DNA from: Ophelia neglecta
Taxonomy: Eukaryota
Reading direction: 5' to 3'
DNA: 64,000 bases
Assembly: GCA_965285935.1 (NCBI GenBank)
Contig: OZ260667.1
Location: 29,574,001 to 29,638,000, forward strand
Shown: one piece after another, positions 15,045 through 28,860 of the stretch
Layout: each line of letters begins with the position of its first letter
How positions within the stretch are numbered: position 1 is the stretch's first letter
Position numbers and translations under genes: made by a program
Notes under the pieces: generated by a model
Databases searched by the model: none
What the model saw: only the letters and a program-made list of their open reading frames with translations
What the model was told of the DNA's origin: nothing

Positions 15045-15125
15045 GGTACTCACCAGGAATCGAACCCGCAAACAACAAAAGCGTTTCTTAGGTGTCGGTC
15101 GATTCTACCGACTCGGTTAGCAGAT
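15045..15125 (-). pseudogene. tRNA-derived remnant (SINE head or tRNA pseudogene)
   Basis: Minus strand has an A-box-like TAACCGAGTCGGTAGA (15104-15119) and a B-box GGGTTCGATTCCTG (15054-15067) at Pol III-compatible spacing. No complete cloverleaf. Confidence 0.45.
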
Positions 15126-18100
15126 CTAGTTGTGTGACGATTGTAGGCAAAGCCAAATCTGGTTTTGGAGCGACAGTTGCGGCCTCGCGATACCTCTAGT
15201 ATTTGTATAGGTGGTATTTAGTACTTGTTTTATTCGGTAGTTCTTGGGTCATTTAGTTGTTATAATCCCCATTATAGACAATTTGGTGGTAGTTTAGATA
15301 TTAGCGAGAAGTAGCATCGATGTGCTTAATATCTAACGTGTCTCTTGCTCTTGACAAGTGACATCCATATTGGCAAATATGTGAATGACACACAAAAAAA
15401 CTAAGAGTTTTTTAGTGGACATTTTTGTTCAATCTTGCGAAATAGAGGAGTATTTAATATCATAAATGGGCCATGAATTATACTTAATATGAATAGGTGG
15501 GAATAGGATGGCGAGCTTATTTTATTTGCCACAACTGATCTATATATACATATATATATATATTTAAACTGCCGATGTGCTGTTTCCGAAAGAAGTGCAA
15601 GAGCGATAACACCCGCGATACTCGCGATACTCGCCTCCGTTTATGACCTTGACCTTCTAAATAGCGAAAACAAACTGGCCGACAATAAAACGCTATTTTT
15701 ATTCTCAGCTACATTTGGAGTTTTTACTTTTAAACTAGAACGCAATTTGTCTTTTGAGTTTTTAGGACCATCGATGGTACCATTATTATTATTGACAACA
15801 TATTATTGAAGTGAATGGCACTTTCATGATGGCCACTTTATCATGAATTGTGTTTTCCCATTCATCAAATTGTCATGGCAATAAGATTGAAAGTATAAAT
15901 CCATGCCTCCAAAAAAAATGCTTAAAGATATTTTCAAATTGTCGTTCAGCTGATTCATATTAAAATTTGGCATGGGAACAGTCTGTTCATCTAAATTAAT
16001 GGGACCATTATCTATTTAATGTTGGTCGATATGCACATGTGTTATATTGTTAATCATGGCATTCATTGCACAATACATCGAAATAATATTGTCGAAAATT
16101 TCAATTGTTTGGCACAGAAAAAGAAAAAACGAGGCATGAATCACTGTGGATACAGAAAAATTGCTTGCAATATTTATAATCATTTGAATGTTTGCGATGA
16201 TGCATGCGCTAGAATGAGTGCAAGTAAAGACAGCGTCACTAATTGTATAGAAGCTATTTATCCACACATGCTAAGGCATTCAATGTCATTTTTACGTCAA
16301 ATGTATTGCAAGGAATTTTGCCACTTTAAACATGTAACATCTTCCTGGCTATACCCGATTACGCTTTTCGTAGGATACATGCTTGGTAGAGTCATTTTGC
16401 TTAGAAATATGTTTTTAATATCATTAAAAATGCGGATGTGGCTACAGGGAGGGGCAACTAAGTTATAAATCAAGGATAGTTAATTAAATCCGGCCGATTC
16501 GATTCAATCACCTCTGTGCCTACAAACATCAATCCTCAGTTTTCGAATTGTAAATAAGGTTGATATGAAAATAAAAACAGATATCACCTGCCATGAGAAA
16601 TACTCAACCGTTTTCCACAATATGAGTTAAAGGAAAATTCAAATGAGTCAGTCACCGCGGACAAAATATATATGTCCTAGAAGTGTCTGACTGTCTGAGC
16701 ATGCCCATGATTTTGAGACAATAGATTGGTCTCGATTTACGTAAGAGCAAAGAACAATGTAAAGGGGCCAGGCTTTCTCGAAAAGGATATTAAATCGTAT
16801 ATTATTATGTAAAGTGAACAAGTTATGCTATATTGTGCAGTGCAGTGACATCATACGACGTAAGGCCTACATCAGTGTGATCACATGTCCTCATGAAGCC
16901 GGGGGATAAATGACAACATCACTCAAAGCCATTCCAGTCTTTTACAGCGAATGTTTGAAGACAATGTCCACCAGAACCACGAAAGGTTTGTAAGAAGGCC
17001 ATGGGTTGTATATAAACAATGCATGATGGACTCCTTTAAGGGGACTCCAGGCGATCTTAAGCTTTGTTATACAAACGGAAGAAATATGTATCTCTGAATT
17101 TTGTACTTGTCTGTTTTTAACCTATAGAGAATTCCTAAGTGTACACAGGATTGAATATCAAGCTGGCAAATAATAATCGTTAATCTAGAGTATTCCATTA
17201 CAACCGTCAAAGGTATGGGCTTGAATTGCAGCAGGGATGCTGGCAGAGCCCTTATAAGACAGCAGGTGTGTCAGCAGGCCAACTGTAAATGCAGCCGGAT
17301 CTGCAGCAGTGATTACTTCGCAGAGGCGTTTGTCCCAGCTGTTCTTGCTGCTAGCCTGCTGTTGACAATATAGTTCTACTGTATGTTTGCTGCCAGGGGG
17401 TGGTTGACCTGTTGACCACAATTCTTAAGCCTGATGATTGCATATCATATTCAATTAGCTCCATAATACCCTCTAATGTGATACCTCTTGCCTACTTCTG
17501 GCCTCCTGCGATCTGGTTTGCTGAACCAGACTAACTGAGATATTAGACATTGCGAATTCGAACAACTGAAAAGGCACAACAATCATCTTGTATTCGACAC
17601 GGATGTAACTATCACAAAAGGAGACCTGGTATTCCCTGGTATTTCTAAAATGTTAAAAACAGGAGGAAAACATCTTTGCTGTGTACTAGTCTACCAACAA
17701 CTTATTCTTTAATTTTTACATAATTATATAAATCTTTATTATCAATGAACAGTCATAAAATGGAACGGGAAACACAATGAGCCAAGCAACCATCTGAATT
17801 GCACATCGGCCAAGCCCCAAAATCACTATGACCCCTGGAACTTAATTTTGTCCCACATGCAAAGCATCAAAGGTGATTGGTGTTATATAAAAATGTCTTG
17901 GCAATAAACATTCATATTGTACTCCATCGTACGAATATATGCCTAGCCCAGATCAAAAGGGAAATGGCTATATTCCGTGGATCTCTTTTTATACTGATCA
18001 AAAAAGGTCGTATCTTTAAATATCCATGTCGGCTGTCGTATGGGAGTGGAGATGGAGTGGAGATGGATAAGCGGGGTTATACGACTGGTCTGATTAGTGA

Positions 18101-21100
18101 TCTATACTAGTCCCGAAAGCAGCGACATGCCGAGAACATGCTCCCCTCCAAGACTGTAATGGCAGTCAGAGAAAGAATAAGAAGTCCATTGAAGGTGGTC
18201 AGGTGGACTTTCAAACAAGAGCCGCAGGTTATCTCTCCTAAATACAACTACAGGGCCTGTGGATTATTCCATCATTTTAGTCATACCATTTAGTTATGTG
18301 TATACAGGCTGCGCCATACTAAAAGCCAGAGAGTACACCATTGAATGTTACCAAATTTTCCAAATAAAAGAGAAAAATGCTATATAACCAGTCGGCCGTC
18401 TAAATGGTATCAGAATTATGAGATGACAAGACAAGATCCCATGACTTTCCGAGTGCCCGTGATACAGCCTAGGGCTAGAGTTACGAAGGAGGACCCGTGT
18501 GTGGCGACTGGCCCTACACTAACTACATCTGATTTACTCGGTAATGCACCACCTGCATAGCATAGTTTCAGGAACCACATACCCACCAGGTCACTAGCAC
18601 GTCTAAATATCATGTATCTTTGCCGATAGAGCTGTCCGACACCAGGCGCTTTCAGATAGCAACAGTCGTCTGCGCTGACAGACCGACCAAGCATTGGGCC
18701 TGCTCAACTGAATCCTCCGACCTAGTTTTGTCGAGTTTCAGGTTTGAATTTAACACTATGGTTATTCAGGATTAGTAGAAAACAAATAAAGCGAAGGTTT
18801 TTTTGGTAATTGGGGTAACTTGAAACGTTACGAGGCTCAACGAATGGCAAAGAGCGCTGGGGGCACAGCTTACTTTCCAAATAGGATGAACCTTTAAGGT
18901 TTTTATGGCAATAGATGTAGGAAAAATAAAAGAGAGAATCCACCTGTCGAAATGGGAAATAAGAGCGGTCTTCTCAGGAGCATTGGGCATAAATCGATTT
19001 TTTGACAATTCCATGAAGCATTGCTAACTTAAGAGTGGAGTTTGGTTTCTGATCTCTTCCAGCGATTGTTTGATGGTAAACTCAAGGTACTTTGACCTAT
19101 GCTAGCATCCGTTGTGCAATCCCACATGACCAAACTCATTATCTTCATTCGCCTTGGACGCTATATAATATACGCATGCCCATGATTCGATTTTTTCCCT
19201 TGGCTGTGATGGTAGAATACGATTTTTATGAATAATAAGAACCTGCTGAAAAGGCAAGCTAATACCAAACCTCTACAGAAGTGTACGTACCAATGACGTG
19301 AATAATGGGGAAGTGTACACATCTAAGACACAGTCCGTCAAATTGACCATTAGCCGAGGGTGTCCCCGGTTTATTTATTTCGGGAAAGGAGATAAAGGGG
19401 AATTGAAGCCCCTTATTCATTACTCGTGTCTTTTTGGCGCTAGGAATATTATTCCAACCCAGTCCCACCGAGATCCAGACAACGAAAACTTTTAATAACA
19501 AAGGCTGATGAAAGAATCCAATATCTCTCGCATTTTTGCGAATTTAAGAACTCCGATGAGGATTTGGCACATTTAAAGGGAAAAATAAGGCTGCCAAGCT
19601 GGTAGACTATCGATTATTTCTGGTTGATATATTATTGGCGTAACATTTATTGCATTCCTTATCTTACTGCGTATCAATTCAGTCACAGGAGAATATAATT
19701 GGAGACAGTTCGTCAATACGTTTCTGCCTTTTAACCGTTAGGAACAAAGAAAATCCATAAATCAGTCAAGGGGTATGGTTTTCTTGTTTGTTTTCACGCT
19801 AGCATAGCGAAAGACATCAGTCATGGATAACAGAAGTGCCAATGTGTGGTCAAGATCAGCGCGTCCCGGAGGACTTGGCTGACGACATTTACATCGAGTT
19901 GGTGCCTACTTCACCAGACTCGATGCTGCAGAGCGGAACTGAATTATAGAGACAATTTTGTCTATTCCGCAGTAAGAGCCAAGCACCATAGTGACAGCTC
20001 AGTCAATGTTCACATACATAACAGTATGAAAACTACATAAGAAAGAATATTGATTGTGAGTGGATTTGATGAAACAACACGGTCGGGTCATCACCAAGGT
20101 CAGGTCAAGAAGTTAGAAGTAAATAGGTATCTGGATACAAAGAAGGTGTTTGAGGGAAAATTACCTAATTTCATGACTTGAGTGTAAGTCAGAGGGTAAA
20201 GTATGTTTTTGTGGCTACTCCGAGGGGTATAACTGAGCCGACGAGAGTTTTTAACACCGACGGGCGGCCACAGAACAGAACATTAGTGCTACTCTGACGC
20301 TGAGCACTCAAGGGTGTACTTAACGTGCCCAGATACCAGCAGTGGGTAATACAGAACGGAGACTAAGTATAGGATAACGATCGGAGGTTTCTGTGGCTGA
20401 TCCGATGGGTAAAATACGTGCCGAAAGCGAACTTTTTATACAGACGGGCAGCTATACAACCGTACATTACTCCTACTGCCACAATGACACCTAGCACTCT
20501 AGGGTGTCCATGGATATGTGCCGAGATACCAAAAGTGAGTAGAAAAAGTAATGTGTGGACAGACTCTTCTAAACCTGAAGTAGGCTTTAACTCTTACCGT
20601 TTCTTGAGCGTTCCAGTTGGATGTGGTATTTTTTGTCATCCCTTTAAGGGAGGACAACAAATTTATACAATGTGCATATTCCCACAATTTGCTGAAGTTT
20701 CCTACCATTTATCTGCTAACTCAAAAATAATTGTGGCTTCGCGGCATGCTTCCGAAATATTAAATATATGAAGTAGTATGCCCTCTAGCGTCTGTCCTAG
20801 GAAGTCCGGGGGGGGGGGGGGGGGTAAATCTCTTTGAAAGGGTGTTGGGATTTTTTTGCTTTTAGGGGTGGTTTAAAAAAAAAGTTAGATTGATCTAGTA
20901 GCTAGCACGCCTACTCGGTATTATCCTCACACATATACAATAAACTACAGTGTTGACGTACGGAAAGGCATTCAAGCATATTTTGCTTATCCATCAGGGC
21001 GAGGTGATTATGCCTAAGTTTAGCCATCAATCAATTATCTATTGATCATTGGCATGCCGCCAAGTAAAAAGTAACGTAATCGATGTGTGATTTTTTGGGT

Positions 21101-24100
21101 GAGATATAATACATAACTATATTGATAATCAACTAGTCCGCCTTTTTTCTCTACTTGATGTAAAGAAAACAGTCCTGGCTATCAGGCAGCATTGTGGTAC
21201 GTGCGTATAGTGAAAATATTTCCCTGACCTTCAACAACTGCCTACAAAACACCTGTATGTCGCTGCTTGCAAACTGAACCCATTCCAGCATGGACAGGTC
21301 GCTGTACGCTTTTTAATACTGTAAATGACTGAACATTTTCATGCTTAGGTAAGTTATCCAATATGTACAATTTAGAGGATTCTTCATTTGAAAAGTCAAC
21401 ATTAACAAATGTCTATGTTTTGGCGAATAGGGCCTGCCAATTATTCGATGTTTTTCTTTGTTTTGTTCCAGGTTCCAATCGAAGTGGATACACGATTCAA
21501 TTGTTCTAGAAATATTGAATCACACCATCCGAATCAAACTCAGTTAACGTTAACCTTGGCAAAAAGGAAAGCACCAGTTAATGTAGTCCGGGACACTAGG
21601 TGGTGTTTCTTCCCTGAATTTCAAGTCGATATTCTATCTAAGACACGGCTCTGCCCCGTTGTTTATCGGGTAATCCGACCTAAAACAAAATATGCTTGTT
21701 TCCGGTTACAAGCTGAATAAAACAAGGGTATGATTGGCCTGCTAGAATGAGTCATTTTCTTTCAGGATTGCATATTTATTTATATTCATGTTTATAATGA
21801 ACTAAAATTATATTTACAGAACTTTAATGAAGTTCTAACAAGCATTCATCTAATGTATTCTTATTTATATTCTAGTTTAAGTACTGTATAAGGAGCATTG
21901 TATTTATTTAAAAAATTGTTGCTAGAACTATGCAATCTAGTAACATAAGTAGATAGGAGGGTCGGAAGCCCAAGTCCCTAGGCACCCTCAGTCATGGCCA
22001 AGGCCCTGGGCCAGTAGCTGCTCTACGACTTGTTCTGCTGATTGGAACAAGGCAATGGGCGGAACTGCATTGCCATACCACCAGCTGTGAGCAAAACACT
22101 CCACAGGGTACACGTGGACGCCAAATTACCAACATCTCACAGGATTTGACACGTGATGAGATTGGGCGAGAAGGATGTTGAAATAATCAATGATTGACAT
22201 TTCTCCGTGTTTTTATTTTTCCTGAATATGATAGAAAAAAACATTCGACATAGATTCTCACTTGAACCTAATATATTAATTATATGAATATTTTTCTCAA
22301 AAATATTGACTGATCATCAGGGTGTATCGTGAATTTAGCCTAGCACTATAACTGCATGGTAAGATGAATGGTGACCATGCAGTAACAGACAATATTCCGC
22401 GAACAACTGCTAAATATCATTCACCCAATACATTTATGACGCTAAAGTGATATGATAGAACAACTGCACATGTCGAACTAATGGACAAAAAAATCACTTT
22501 ATTCGAGCAAAGGCACATTTTTAGGTACATGGTTTATGTCAAACCAAAATTTTGCAAGTAGGTTTACTCGTAAAATTGCGCTATTAGTTCTAGAATTTCT
22601 CAGACTAAGTAAGAAGAGCAGTGACACATTCATAGGATGATATTACATTATTGTTAACAGTAATTCTTCTTAAACAGGACTGGACACTTCTAAATGGAGT
22701 TAGAAGATTGCAATATTAAAGAGAAATTTATAAACAATACTTCTTTCAACAACTGTAACGACCTAACATTGGTGCTGATTGCCAGAAGGTAAGATGGCCA
22801 ATTCACGTTTTGATTCTGACTGAACTATTCCATCTACAGCAGACGAACTAACATCCGATCTTTATCAAGAGAGTGGCTTATTAATTAGAAATCAGTAGTG
22901 TTAGTACAAATATAGTTAACTGAAGCCATTGGCGATGGGAACCAATTGAGTCAATGGCAGCATATTGAGTCCTTGTGAGCCAATGGGAGCAAATGGAAAC
23001 CAATGGGAGACAATGGGAATATAAACCCGACAAACAAAACGAAATCTACAATTAATAATGAACCACATTCTTCCGGATATCAGATGCAGACAATATGAAG
23101 TAACAAGCCCTCGGACTTTATGTGCCAGGTCTTCAGTTAATCATATAATAGTGCATTGTTTTAGGTTAACCAGTTTTGTTGTGAGTTTATGTTGGCCTAG
23201 AATCAGGCCTGATGAGCAGTGATAACAAATCATTAGCTGATACAGTCTTTAAGACTATTCATCAATAGGTGGCCAATTAAGCCAAGCGAAACAAACAGCC
23301 CGAAATAGCACACATTTTGTTTTTCTCCTGCCGAAGGCAAGGGCTACCTGTAAAAACTCGACTGAGCATCGCCCAATTGACTCAATTAAATGCCGAGCTT
23401 GACAAACGAGCGTCAACATGCGAGGGTATCAGCACCCGTCGCAGCCATACCGGCTGAACGCATGCAAGCAAAGGATCAGATTAGCTGAGATTAGTCTCAT
23501 CAACCTGCCAATGCTAGTCTTCCTGCATGAGAAAACCTCGCCTCATATGGCGAATCACTGCACTGATAGATTTAGTTGAAATGATTTGTTTTTTTATACT
23601 GCCATTACCCATATGCATAGAAACAAAATCACCTATTGAACATTTATTATTACCTCAGCTATGACTGTAGCGATTCGAGACCATAGGACAGGATTTTTGA
23701 ACAGGATAATGGCAAGGGTCAACAATTCTCCTTCATCACATGCCGACAAAGAGTGAACGCGAGGACTTCGGTTTGAGCATGCACGCTTTATTGGATTCCA
23801 ATGAAAGGGCAACGTGTTAATTATTCACGGGCCCATGGCGATCCATGAAATTACCATCGTGTACCTTTACGGCAGCCACGAAGAATGGTGAAACCAAGAG
23901 GTCGGCAATAAACAGCTAGTTATTGCATTGTTTTAATTCTGGTTGATTGACTGGTACAAACACAACCAGCAACATAACGGTTTACTATATACCTGTATAT
24001 TTTACCTACATCAGAGTAATGAGGCCAGTCTGTTAGACTTTGGAAGATGCAGGCTTTAAGCTTATGAGCTGCTGCTACAGCGCGGAGCGATATTTTGCAA

Positions 24101-24168
24101 TCCCTCCGTGTGAATTGGTCACCTTTTGAGGTTCGATATTCCGTTAAAAAAGCAAAAGAAATTAGCTT

Positions 24169-24235
24169 TGGCGCGCCCGAGAATCGAACCCTGGGTCGTC
24201 CCATTAACAGTCCCAAGACTGCTTAATCCATATTG
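24169..24235 (-). pseudogene. degenerate tRNA-like sequence
   Basis: Minus strand: CTGTTAA anticodon-loop-like heptamer, GGGTTCGATTCTC T-arm/B box, followed ~20 nt later by T-runs. The acceptor and anticodon stems do not pair. Confidence 0.3.
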
Positions 24236-27200
24236 CAGCAGTCCAGGATACATCGTCTATCGAGCAGCCTCGGCCAACAAGAGCATAAACCAGTGAGCTT
24301 TTCTCAGTGGTTAGAACCTATATTCGGGACAATAAAAATGCACCTTATTTAGAAGCCCTATCATTGAACATAGAGAACTAGGCACCTTATATATCGTCTA
24401 TCGCGGGATTTTCGCGTCAGTGCCTTCGCACAGGGTATTACAAAGAAAACAGGTTATCAACGAGTGAGGAAGTCGAAGGAGTCAGTCGAGTTTATAAGTA
24501 TCATCGCAATATTTTCTACATTTACGAAAAAGATATTCGTTCATTCTTTCAGTGATTTAAAAGTCAAGTATTGTCTCAACCCAAACCAGTGCCCGTCATC
24601 TTTATATAATTAAGGAAAAAGGGGAGATGGAAAACGTCACCCACAATATTTACTGGACGTACATACTTAAATTATGTTTGTGACACCATTGAGATAACTC
24701 TCTTCTCTCCATCCTAGAAAACTCATTTTACTTCTCAAGAAGAATATTGTCACGTACCACTATTTTCAGGGTAAGAGTAGCAGCTAAAATGTTCATATAC
24801 GTCCACGCATCTATCTGTGTTTAAAAGAATTTTCCTCTGTTTACATACAGTCATAAAGTTTACTAACACGTTTAGTACTTGTAAAGAATGAGCCATGCGT
24901 GTTTTCATTGGGATATCTAGAGAGACACGATTTAAATTATCGTTTTGATAGCATCAACACAATGTGTTCAGGCCCTTAGGGTAATTATTTTATCCTTAGC
25001 CTAATAATCTATCAAGTTTAGAAGTTGTTTTAAAGCACATTGTATCTAAGGTTGGAGATGAAAGGGTAGTCAAAAAACTAATTAAAACACTATTAGTGGT
25101 ATATATATATAGCAGGACGGTGAGGTTGACTAAAACAAGTGTTAGTATTATGCTTTGCTTCTCAAATATTAAAAAACTATATACTATTTGTCAAATGAAG
25201 TATTTCGGTAAATCTCAAAAAGGTAAGCCAAATAAAATGCGATTTAATGTTATTGTCCAATGCTTCCGTAAGAACTAAGCTCAAAAATGGGCATATGAAT
25301 GCAAAATTTACTTGATACAATCATAAATTAAATACAATCCGTCTATTTAGGGTTAGCGGTGCTGAGCCTTGTCCAGCTTGTAATCTAGCAGGGGATATGA
25401 AGTCCTGCATACGACTGTAGTACACAGTAATAATATGGCTAGAATAGAGCCTTTTTGTAGCGGAGACATGCTTTATGAAATCCAAGTAGACATCAGAGCA
25501 AAATGAAAATTACATATATGTGAAAAGCATTCATATGCATTAAATCTCCTCAGGTTACCTTAACCGAATAAGTAAGAAAGAAATGCCAGTTAAATCACGT
25601 GGGCGGACTTGAAAGCATTTGCAGTGTCGCTGTGATTCTGGATGTAGTTGAAAAATGCTTTGGAATAAAAAGACATCGACCATCACACCTCACCACACCC
25701 CGACCAAAGGTTGTCCCGCTAAACTGTTGTCTTTTCATTAACGTGTCGAATGACAAGTAATGAAAACATTCCGACAAATGATTCACACAATGATAACACA
25801 ATACAGATTCTGCAACAGGTTCTCTGCTGCTGGAGATATATCTGCTATACACAAAGAGCTCTAAATATGCAAAGGACAATGCTCGGTTGAAACACGCAAC
25901 AGGGGCTCTTATCAGGCGCACGCATCTATTTTTGTCCTAAATTGTCGTCTGCAGACAAATTGTCACTTGTCAGTTTTTTTAACTTGCCTATGTCTATGTG
26001 CAATATCAAATCGAGGTTCTCGGTATCAAAATTGACCACAAACAATATCCATGATTCACTGCTTTAAAACACAAATACATATACATCAATGGCCCCGACC
26101 TATACGTATATATGTGATTGTTAATCGATCACATACCTTGGTCTCAAATCTCCCTAAATGCTTTTTTCACAGATCCCTTCCTAGAGCCTTATGTTTCAAT
26201 GCGGGACCGAGCCTTATGTTGGAGCACGAGGGACGAGAGAAATTTTACGGTGTTCGCTTGTAATGAACAAATGGCTTGCCTTTTGCCATTTCTAGCAGGT
26301 CGCATGGGTGTCTAGGCGGTCTATGTACTAGGCAGGTTGATGGGCGAGCCGGAGGGGAGAAGAGGAGTCCGGACCACCGGAACCAGCCGCGTGATGGCTT
26401 ACCGTGATGCATTGCTCGTCCGGCTACCATCAAGCCCTGCAGCCTGAATCGTAAAAAAAACAACCGTATATCCCTACTCAAAACGCAGCTGCTCCTTCCC
26501 CTTTGGACAAAGCAATAATGCAATAGCTCTATATCTGACAAGGGCAGTGCCTGTGGGCTGCGCAAGATGTTTTCGAAGGAATAAAAACTGCTTGAGGTTA
26601 TTAACACATCAGAAATGGGTTAAAGAAGCTAAGACATTGGTGACCAGACCTTATCGTGGTGATATATAAAGCCCATTCTGAAACTAAACATTGTGGATAG
26701 TCTCTAATAGGTATTTGTATTAAGCTACCCACAATATAGTTTTTGTTTGCACAATACACTGCGATGAAACAACGAAGCTAAAAGCAGCCGATTATCATAT
26801 AAATTAATTGTTTACAATCAAAACGTAGACACAATTTCATGTCATGCAATTAATTCCCAGAATTGGTTTTGAGGAGTTGATGGAGTATCAGTCATTTATC
26901 AGTCTAAACGACACTGACACTACCAAACACAATGTGATATGGTAGTAACAACCTTTGTCTTGTTTTTATGGATTAATAATTCAGACAGACTTTGTTTAGA
27001 GGGTGGATTTCATTCCGCGTTTATAGCCGGAGATACTTTGTTCAGGCTTTATTCCGGTTTTCAGCTGACTCTGCCATTCACCAACAGTCCGTCAGGCCTG
27101 GCCAGCGATCCTGGACGGAGCAGCGCCAAATAATACTGATGTGTTAGTTTTCAATGATTAATGTTTTTGGCATTCACGTTTAATCTCTTTTCAGTTTTCA

Positions 27201-28514
27201 ACAGACAGTAGTGAGGAAAGCAACATATTTCCATGCGTGATCCTATGAACCTCGAAAACTAACCAGAGTTTTCCTTATAAATGGAGCGAAGCTTTCCGTG
27301 TTTGAATATCAAAAAAAAAGTTAATTACAAATTACCGTGGCTTTTAAAGCTTTAAGGAGGCATTACTTTTGAAATCACAATATAATAAAGTATTAAACCT
27401 ATAAATACCAAGATAAACCAAGTACGCGTTTGAGATCAACGAGCAATCGCCCGTGTCATTACTGGGATGTATAGAGGGTCAACAACTGGCTAACGATGAC
27501 TTGTCACACTAGACTATACATTTTGACTGGTTGCTGTGCGCGGGGGCAGGCAGTCAACTGCTTTCCGGGGGAATGTAACAGGTCTACAAACGCTAAGCAG
27601 TTATGATGAATGAACAAAAACCAAGAGCACCAACCTTTGTGATGAACCAAGGAACGTCCAATCGAAACAGGTTTTTATTTGTTGTATACATGCCACACTG
27701 AATCCTCGGAAACGACAAGTAATACGCACGCATGCGCCTCAATATAACGTGTGCTCATCGCAAGCCCTGCATCTGTATCCATTGAAGAAGCGAGTGGCTT
27801 TGGCACTGGACGAAAGCAACACCAAACGAGGACATAGCCCGAGCAGTTCCTTACGTCGTTGGTTTGTGATATCAAGGCGTTGGTAACAGGCTCAGGCAGG
27901 TGTAAATGACTGCCTGTGTCACCGACAGTCTGAATTCTCCATTAGGGAGCAGCCGTCGTTTAAGCAGGTCCCGTAATCCACCCCAGTTGCCGTCCATGTG
28001 TTTGGCATGCTAAGCGCACTGCTGATGACGCGCTGGCCAGCAGCGTAGGGAGTAAGTGGGTGGCTTCGCCGCTGAAAAGCCGTTTTCTGACAGTCAACGA
28101 CAGGTGCCAAGCGAGCACCATACATACTCAAAACTCAATGCATGGACCTTTAGCAAGACCCCTCATCATAAAAAGAAAAAAATACAATTTATTGAAGAGG
28201 CCTCTAGTCTGATAAAATTGTCAAAATCCCGTATAATGCTTATGTAGGCATTGAAGGGAATCGGGTAATTATATAGTATGGGGGACCGTGTTTCAGATGA
28301 TGGCATATACATCTAATATATATCTCCTAAAGAGAAAACCAGCTTTAAGATAATGTTTCGAATTTCCAACAATATCTGCACCTTGCAATTGGTAAAAGAT
28401 CAACCAGTCGGTTGTTTAGGCAAGTATTCTTTCTATAAGTAGCCCGGCCATGTTCTGTTAAATGTTTATACAACATTCATGAAATTCAGATCGCTGCAAA
28501 TTAAAGGTGTAATT

Positions 28515-28860
28515 AAGGCTGCATACAGTATCCGATACTAACGGTATCGTATCAATTTTGTGCTCTCGATATCGTTTGGAACTGACTATTTCGATACTTC
28601 GATACGATACTTTTTGCATGCAAAAGAGTTGAAATTAGAATCTAGTGTATAAAAAGTGGGGCAGATTTACAAATGTGCTCTTTTAATCAGTATATTTTGA
28701 TTTTTGTTTTAGCTCAAGTGTTGCATTTTGGAATGGTTTGAAAAATAAATGTAATGTAAACATACAGCCATATTCGCCTGAAACACTGCCTGTTTAAACC
28801 AAAGATCTTTAAAAATATATCTGTATCGGTATTGTTTTGGTATGGACACACAGACACGTT
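28515..28860. mobile_element. possible decayed non-autonomous DNA element (hAT-like MITE) with CGATAC subterminal repeats
   Basis: Begins TAAGGCTGCA with clustered CGATAC/GTATCG motifs at 28528-28610, and GTATCG recurs near 28823. No clean TIR or TSD recoverable. Confidence 0.3.

Noticed and set aside
20807-20824. Long G homopolymer (others near 41308, 52474 and 57375; C-run near 2764)
   Set aside because: Simple mononucleotide runs scattered through the window, with no evidence of function and unreliable lengths.
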